64,000 nucleotides of DNA. Origin: a virus. Under the pieces are notes generated by a model. The model did not search any database and was not told where the DNA came from. It was given only the letters and a program-made list of their open reading frames with translations. Below, piece after piece: positions 58,356 through 64,000 of the stretch. How positions within the stretch are numbered: the first letter of the stretch is position 1; each line of letters starts with the position of its first letter. The stretch is taken from positions 32,001 through 96,000 of IMG/VR virus record IMGVR_UViG_3300021476_000423, one strand, 5' to 3'. A program made the translations under genes and the position numbers.

Positions 58356-58689
58356 CAAGAACCTTTTTCAATAGAGTAACGTGCCAACATTTGCCTTTGC
58401 CCTTTGCCGCAGAATTGAACCAACCATCACACTCACAAGCGGCGATGTCATCAATCTTATTGTAGAAGACGTTGTATTTGCGCCAAGGAAAGCGTTTACT
58501 AGAGATTCTGGCAAACACTAAGTCACCATCTTGAAGAATATCGACTTCAGGATGGTTTGGGTCTTTCTGTGATTGGGATGCCAAGGACTTTCTTCCTCTT
58601 ATCGGCCTCTTCCTTTGTTTCGTAGGGCAGGATTGTGCCAAGGTCGTAAGGCGCTTGGTCATCAAACGGGCCGACAGTTTGGGGAGCAT
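58282..58689 (-). CDS. SWIM Zn-finger protein (start uncertain)
   Basis: ACECDGW...KCWH. Confidence 0.55.
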   Translation of the reverse strand: MLPKLSARLMTKRLTTLAQSCPTKQRKRPIRGRKSLASQSQKDPNHPEVDILQDGDLVFARISSKRFPWRKYNVFYNKIDDIAACECDGWFNSAAKGKGKCWHVTLLKKVLAILHDEKPLVTSQEDFPFLTSGQS

Positions 58690-58827
58690 TCCCGGCGATA
58701 GGCGCTACACCACCAAGGTCTTTCACGCCGCTATCCACGATGATGCACTCCTGTCCCATGTGCCGCAGAAGGTCATCTTCTGTCTTGATTTCGACTTTGT
58801 GCGTTATACAGGCTTTTCCGGTCATAC

Positions 58828-59496
58828 CTATTTGACCTCATCAGCCCCTAATAAAGATTCATCGGGAACCACAGTCTCAAAGGACTCAAGTGGTGGGATA
58901 ATGACCGTATTGGGGTTTTCCTTGGGTCTCAGATAAGACCACACTAGAACGTAGAAGACTGTAGCAATGGCCTTAGTCCCAACATTATTGGCCGGAATAC
59001 ACAAGTCCACCCCCTCAAGAGTGGCATCGGTATTGCAGATGGCAATGACAGGAATGCCCTGACTGGCCGCTTCATCCATTGCTCTGCGCTCAAATTTGAG
59101 GGGTTCCCCTATCTTAGTGGGCACTCCACAAGTAGGGTCAGCAACAAGCAAAACGTCACACTCCTGATAGTATTTCATCAGAGGATTACTCAGAGTTCCG
59201 GCATACATCCTACCCTGAAGAGTGGTAACTTTTGTTGCCATATGGAAGGATTTTATTCCATTCTCGAATCGTTTGTCGGTTGCGTAGACAACAGGACTTT
59301 GGCTCTTTCTCATGAACTTGCCAGCCACATCAAGTCTATCCAACACCAACTTGGGGTCTAGGATGGGATTGCCAGCCAAAGAGATTTCCTTGACAAAGGG
59401 TTTCATGTCTTTACTTACCTGTCCCTTTTTACCGAAGAGAATGCCAGTGGCTTCGAACACAGCCTCAGTAAGTGAGGCAGGTAATTCGAATGTCAT
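58828..59496 (-). CDS. rps2: Ribosomal protein uS2 homolog (archaeal type, divergent)
   Basis: DMKPFV, DRLDVAGKF, GRMYAGTLSNP, DVLLVADP, EAASQGIPVIAICNTD, VDLCIPANN.GTKAIA align with conserved archaeal/eukaryotic uS2 blocks. Confidence 0.88.
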   Translation of the reverse strand: MTFELPASLTEAVFEATGILFGKKGQVSKDMKPFVKEISLAGNPILDPKLVLDRLDVAGKFMRKSQSPVVYATDKRFENGIKSFHMATKVTTLQGRMYAGTLSNPLMKYYQECDVLLVADPTCGVPTKIGEPLKFERRAMDEAASQGIPVIAICNTDATLEGVDLCIPANNVGTKAIATVFYVLVWSYLRPKENPNTVIIPPLESFETVVPDESLLGADEVK

Positions 59497-59687
59497 CTGA
59501 CGATTCTCACCACTTTCTTAGGATTAGGATTCGGAATGACGATTTCAATAACGTGCCCTGTATCGTTGATAATGTGATAGTCGTAAATGATGATTTCATC
59601 ATTAGGTGGCATAATTCTCCTAATGTCATTTCCGCTTGGTGGAACAGCAGTTGCAACCTTGAGTTTATCGTTATTGGCTAACTTCAC
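59493..59687 (-). CDS. LANQ-motif small protein
   Basis: GTG start, MKLANNDKLKVA; ATGA-coupled to uS2. Confidence 0.6.
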   Translation of the reverse strand: MKLANNDKLKVATAVPPSGNDIRRIMPPNDEIIIYDYHIINDTGHVIEIVIPNPNPKKVVRIVR

Positions 59688-60894
59688 TCTTCTTCACTTT
59701 GTCTACGGCTTTGACAAGTTCATTGAGAAGCACTTCAGAATCGTTCACCAAACCCTTCGCAGACCCGGCTGGCTGAAGTCCACCACCATCTATGTAAGCA
59801 GGGTTGGCCGACCTAAAGACCTTTCCAATGTGAAGTCCCGGCTTCATCTTGTAAACGTTTGCACCACTAGAGGCAAGAACAGCCACTTCGGTTGGGCCAC
59901 GCCCTGAGATGTGAATCTCCACGCCGGGTATGTCATTGATGACAAACTGTGCCTTCTTGGTCATCCCAAGCCGTTTGCTGGCGAGAGCCGCACCAAGGTT
60001 CCATTTGTGACTTAGAATGGTCACATCAAAATCGGGATAGTGGAGTAGAGTAGAATTACCCTTACCTTCGGCCTTGGAATGCTCCTTCTCCCATTCGGCT
60101 TGAAGCAGAAGCAGAACCTTTGTGTTGTTGTTCTTACCGTCCTTAAAGAGTGGAGTCTTCTCAATCTCATCCTTTGTGCCCAACAGTCGGTTGAACTCAA
60201 TCCAATTGGAAATCCAATCCATCTCCTTCATGGCGGCAAACGCGAGTAGCGGAGCGTTGTCAAATAGCATTCGGCGTGGAACATGAAGTAGTTTGGCGTA
60301 GAAATTGAGCAAGCCAAAGTCGTAGGATGCACCATCCTTGGTAGACATGAACAAACCAGTGAGGTAGGGCGAAACAGAGAGAAGTTGGGAATAGAGAGCA
60401 TAACCTCTCGGATTCCTTTTGGGGTCTGTCGCAACATCGCCCACTAATCCGATGAGTGCCCATCTAACATTGATAGGAACCTTCTCCCTAAACAATTCAT
60501 AGGCCAGTCCTGTTGTGCAAGACTCGGTAGTGGAATCATAGAAGAACTTGTCCTTGAACATCGACCTCAGATTGGAGAGTTTGACCTGATATTCGTTCAT
60601 GGTTTCAGGAGTCTCAACTATGGGGTCGGGAGGATGATTATCCAAAATCGTGACACCTGCTCCTGTTCCAAGGATGTCTAAAGCCACATCCAGCATCTCA
60701 AGACCGCTTCCAAGGTCAAGGAGATAGACTTGCTTGGGGTCGTAAGAAAGAATCTTCTGAACATCCTGCTTCTGAACACCAAAGATGTTCCACTTCTGAA
60801 ATAGGGTGGTAGCATCGGGGTAAGCCGACGCTACAATCTTTGCGGCGCAGAGTCCATCAGAGTCTTCGTCTGAAAAGATAAGAGTATCAACCAT
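59671..60894 (-). CDS. DHH-family (RecJ/Cdc45-like) protein
   Basis: DEDSDG, LLDLG, LDNH (DHH variant), GLVGD, SGRG and GGGL (GGGH variant). Confidence 0.75.
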   Translation of the reverse strand: MVDTLIFSDEDSDGLCAAKIVASAYPDATTLFQKWNIFGVQKQDVQKILSYDPKQVYLLDLGSGLEMLDVALDILGTGAGVTILDNHPPDPIVETPETMNEYQVKLSNLRSMFKDKFFYDSTTESCTTGLAYELFREKVPINVRWALIGLVGDVATDPKRNPRGYALYSQLLSVSPYLTGLFMSTKDGASYDFGLLNFYAKLLHVPRRMLFDNAPLLAFAAMKEMDWISNWIEFNRLLGTKDEIEKTPLFKDGKNNNTKVLLLLQAEWEKEHSKAEGKGNSTLLHYPDFDVTILSHKWNLGAALASKRLGMTKKAQFVINDIPGVEIHISGRGPTEVAVLASSGANVYKMKPGLHIGKVFRSANPAYIDGGGLQPAGSAKGLVNDSEVLLNELVKAVDKVKKSEVSQ

Positions 60895-60905
60895 GTGATT
60901 GACCT

Positions 60906-61601
60906 CTATATCGAGACACTTCCCAAGTTGCCGTAGGGTTCCAACTTCTTGTGGACGAACTCAAGCACATCGACATCAATTTTGTTGTGCTTCATCACAT
61001 ACTTGATGCTCTTGCTGAGACCGTATCCTGCAAGAATCCAGTCGTCTGGATTGATTTCTGTCTTCTGCTCTGGTGCGCCCAAGAACTTGGCTATCACATC
61101 CAACCTATTGGAGTGGAGAGCCAACTTATACTTGGCCAGAAGGTAGGTGTCCAGACCAAACATCTGTCTGTAGACGGGGAATTTGATTCCATACTTCAGG
61201 AATCGGGTTCTGAGGAATCTTACGTCAAGTCCACGCTGGATGGTTCCGTAGTGGCATACGATGATGTCATACTGTGGAAGTATCTTAGCAAGGTCTCTGA
61301 GAATCCGGCGGTCAGTGACCACCTTTCCCAACTTCTTGCTCAGTGCTACATCTGCTTCAGTGATAGCCTCTTGATAGTAGATTTTCTTGTCCCTCTCTTT
61401 TGCAGTCCATGAAATGCACACTCCAAAGTCTGCGGCTAACTGGCTCACTTCTATATCTAGATAGAGAACCTTCGCATCCTTCAGTCGGGCCTTTTCCCAA
61501 CACGCTAAATGTGTGCAAGCATCGCCACCATCCTTGCAAGTGAAGACTCTGTGTCTATGTTCACAGATGAAAGACCTTATGTCGAGTTTCTTTGTTGTCA
61601 T
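60906..61601 (-). CDS. DEDD/RNase H-like 3'-5' exonuclease
   Basis: YLDIE, HYG...DVRFL, DTY and HNKIDV. Confidence 0.8.
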   Translation of the reverse strand: MTTKKLDIRSFICEHRHRVFTCKDGGDACTHLACWEKARLKDAKVLYLDIEVSQLAADFGVCISWTAKERDKKIYYQEAITEADVALSKKLGKVVTDRRILRDLAKILPQYDIIVCHYGTIQRGLDVRFLRTRFLKYGIKFPVYRQMFGLDTYLLAKYKLALHSNRLDVIAKFLGAPEQKTEINPDDWILAGYGLSKSIKYVMKHNKIDVDVLEFVHKKLEPYGNLGSVSI

Positions 61602-61605
61602 CTTT

Positions 61606-62016
61606 TTACCTCTTCACTACGATGCTTCCTTTGGGCACTATATAGGTGTTTTTGAGATAATGGATTAGAATGTCACATTTTACTCTCTTTATCTTGAGAT
61701 ATGGTTGTAAAGCATAACAAATACGAAGAACGTCAATCTTCGCTTGAACTCGCCACTCAATTTGGGCATGGGGATTTGAACCACTATAGCCCTTTCCCAC
61801 AAAATATCTCTTTGGCCGAAAATAGATATGACCTGCCGCAAAGAAACGCTGTATCTCCTTCATAAGAGCCATATTTGTAGGCGTATGTATAACTGCAAAT
61901 TTCACTGTGCCCTTTTTATGGGCATATGTTTTCCCTTTGTAGTGGGAACTACTATTACTTAAAAAGAAACTGCCTTCACCATCCATGAGACCTGCTATAT
62001 ATTGAGCAGAAAGCAC
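61606..62016 (-). mobile_element. Free-standing single-motif LAGLIDADG homing endonuclease
   Basis: YIAGLMDGEGSF; LQPYLKIKR; locally AT-richer. Confidence 0.85.
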
Positions 62017-62636
62017 TATCTCACTATCTTTACTGCGTCTCCAACAGTTTGAAGATTCTCTTCTGTGCCTACATCAACGGCCTTTGTCTTAATGACCTTG
62101 AAATCCGTTCCACGCTGAATCATTCGTGCCGTCACATCACCTATCTTGCCGTGAGTCAATTGACCATTGGTCAGGAGTAGATTGGTGGTAGTTTTGAACA
62201 TCCCACTGAAACTGCCATCTGCTTTCATTACAACTGCGTTCTTGGCCGCAAGAAAGTCATCGACCCAATTGAAGTCCAGTCCGAAGTAGAGGTCGATAGG
62301 CGATATGACGACTTCATCCATCTCATGATTCATGGCTAATGAGGCCGCACCACTCGTTACCCACAATGAGGGATTGTTGACATTCCCTAACGAGTTCTGA
62401 GTATCGAGAAACAGACTCATGTTTCGACCCAAATCCTTACCGTAGGTGAAATACCAGTTGTTCCAGAAGCCCTGAAAGACTCTATTATGAATAATCCATA
62501 CCGTATCTGATGGTATGTTGTCGATGACTGCTTCAAAGAGATATTTGCCAGTCACCATGTCGGTAAGAAGATGCTTTGGAAGGGCTGTTTGTGGATATCC
62601 CCCTGCCATGAGTATTAGTGCCCGTTTCTCACTCAT
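62016..62636 (-). CDS. Divergent NTP-transferase (nucleotidyltransferase-like)
   Basis: LILMAGG...LPKHLL and DVGTEENL. Confidence 0.55.
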   Translation of the reverse strand: MSEKRALILMAGGYPQTALPKHLLTDMVTGKYLFEAVIDNIPSDTVWIIHNRVFQGFWNNWYFTYGKDLGRNMSLFLDTQNSLGNVNNPSLWVTSGAASLAMNHEMDEVVISPIDLYFGLDFNWVDDFLAAKNAVVMKADGSFSGMFKTTTNLLLTNGQLTHGKIGDVTARMIQRGTDFKVIKTKAVDVGTEENLQTVGDAVKIVR

Positions 62637-62671
62637 TGATTAGCCTCTCTTTAGCAGGGTTAATAAGGATT

Positions 62672-63526
62672 CTAAGCCGTTGAAGGCTTTGCGACCATAT
62701 TCGTGCCCCTTCTGATAGTCCAGAAGTCACTAGCCAACTGAGCATCGGCTAGGTAGTCGAAGGGAATGTAGAAGTAACCGTGGTCTCCCCAACCAGTGCC
62801 CCATGAGTTGCGGCAGATGAACCACTGCTTCTCATCGTCATATCCTAGACACATGACTGCGTGACCTCCCAAAACAGGTTCCAAGCCCGAAGGCATAGGT
62901 ATGATGCCTGTCGAATCTGCTGATGGACTCTCGAAACTCGCATAGACAGTGAATCCGTAGACGAAGGGATAGCCAGCATCGAGACAAGCCTTCATGTCGG
63001 CCAGACTGGTGATTTTGAAGTATTGCACAATTTCGTGATTGCTGGCTTCAACGTAGGCCGCTTGTGGCGGTTGGACAGCGAATTGGTTGATGTCGTAGGG
63101 CCAAGTCGTCTCATAACAGGAACCCTGACTTGCTAGAGTCTTGATTCCATCTCTTATCTCTGCACCAGAATCCGAACTTGTCGTTCCTTCGATAACCCTT
63201 TCGTTGTAGTAGACGAACAACCGACTGAATGCTTGGTCGGGTAGGCTGTCTTTAACCTCTAGAAACTGCAAAGCCCCTGCTAGAGCATTTGCAGTGCAAC
63301 TACCAAGTTGTCCTTGGTCTTCGATGGGTGAATCATCGGAACGCAAATCTACCTTCTTATTATCGGAAGGCTGTGGTTTGGGTTTTGGATGGAAAAGATT
63401 GACTAGCCACTCGAAAAAGTAACCAATGGGTGTCTTCGGAAGAGGCTCTTTCACATCTTGACCCGCATGGTAGATGAAGTCTCTTTCGTCGGGCTTGTCC
63501 TTAATCCAACCATAAGAATGTGGCAT
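62672..63526 (-). CDS. Papain-like C1A cysteine peptidase
   Basis: DQGQLGSCTANA, GGHAV and RNSWG catalytic motifs. Confidence 0.92.
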   Translation of the reverse strand: MPHSYGWIKDKPDERDFIYHAGQDVKEPLPKTPIGYFFEWLVNLFHPKPKPQPSDNKKVDLRSDDSPIEDQGQLGSCTANALAGALQFLEVKDSLPDQAFSRLFVYYNERVIEGTTSSDSGAEIRDGIKTLASQGSCYETTWPYDINQFAVQPPQAAYVEASNHEIVQYFKITSLADMKACLDAGYPFVYGFTVYASFESPSADSTGIIPMPSGLEPVLGGHAVMCLGYDDEKQWFICRNSWGTGWGDHGYFYIPFDYLADAQLASDFWTIRRGTNMVAKPSTA

Positions 63527-63580
63527 ACACTAATCATAGGAAGGCATAGGTATTTAAGGCTGGCGGCTGATAAAGTCTCT

Positions 63581-64000
63581 ATGGCATCAATTACAGGTTT
63601 CGGAACAGAGGGTGTTCCATCCTTCCAACTAATCTCAACAACCAACATTTCGACCAACAAAACAATCCAAATTCAGTCGGATGACGCTCTCGTTTTCAAC
63701 TTCAATGCGGCAGATGGAACTTTCATCGGTCAAATCGCTTCACCAGATGGAGCAGGGCCATATGTCGCTTCTGGCTCTCTTATTCCTGTGCCCTATCCTA
63801 CTACAGTCACAGTAACAGTGCTTGATAAGTCAACACAAGTTCAGTTGGGAATGACCACACTCCAACTCTTCGGCGGCGATGTCTTCAAATGCAGAGTCTC
63901 CTACAAAGAGTATGTTCCCATCGCCAATGGTTATGTCGCAGTCCTTCTCAACGGCCAACAAACCATCGTGCGGGGTCAAATCTACGGCGATTTACCCTAT
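63581..64000 (+). CDS. Beta-rich protein, truncated at the right edge
   Basis: MASITGFGTEGVPSFQL... open to the window end. Confidence 0.5.
   Translation, partial: MASITGFGTEGVPSFQLISTTNISTNKTIQIQSDDALVFNFNAADGTFIGQIASPDGAGPYVASGSLIPVPYPTTVTVTVLDKSTQVQLGMTTLQLFGGDVFKCRVSYKEYVPIANGYVAVLLNGQQTIVRGQIYGDLPY

Noticed and set aside
4274-59687. LANQ motif as a DNA repeat or integron-like recombination site
   Set aside because: Nucleotide sequences differ at synonymous positions and show no palindrome, and no recombinase was seen; conservation is at the amino-acid level.
61601-62640. Group I or archaeal intron around the LAGLIDADG gene
   Set aside because: There is no non-coding room for intron structure and the flanking ORFs appear complete.
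58828-63526. Host chromosomal flank (provirus boundary) suggested by uS2
   Set aside because: No ribosomal or RNAP operon neighbours; a viral LANQ ORF and the same promoter motifs continue through the region; no integrase or att site was seen.

Overview
This 64 kb window is part of the genome of a large tailed (Caudoviricetes-like) virus of an archaeon. Virion genes include a portal (truncated at the left edge), terminase large subunit, putative head-tail joining proteins, tail tube, a tail chaperone with a -1 frameshift, a short tape measure and Asp-box tail proteins. An archaeal-type replication set is present: PolB, PriS, PriX-like, MCM-like, RPA-like, RadA-like, RNase HI, XPF/ERCC4, DHH/RecJ-like and a DEDD exonuclease. 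Host-manipulation genes include a divergent ribosomal protein uS2, membrane LonB protease, JAB/MPN protease, Ard1/RimI acetyltransferase, papain-like peptidase, an RNA ligase plus phosphoesterase, and a dNTP-pool module. Many genes have a TATA box 21-25 nt before the ATG, implying leaderless transcripts, in two motif classes. The most novel signal is a family of at least 8 otherwise unrelated small proteins, interleaved with core genes, that share an N-terminal peptide [LIFY]-A-N-[QEN]-x-[QEK]-L conserved at protein but not DNA level. A second family of acidic, Zn-ribbon-studded mosaic proteins (candidate virion cargo) partly shares an N-terminal KTKxDWML motif. No major capsid protein, tRNA, CRISPR array or integrase was recognised. 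All product calls come from manual motif recognition, not database searches.
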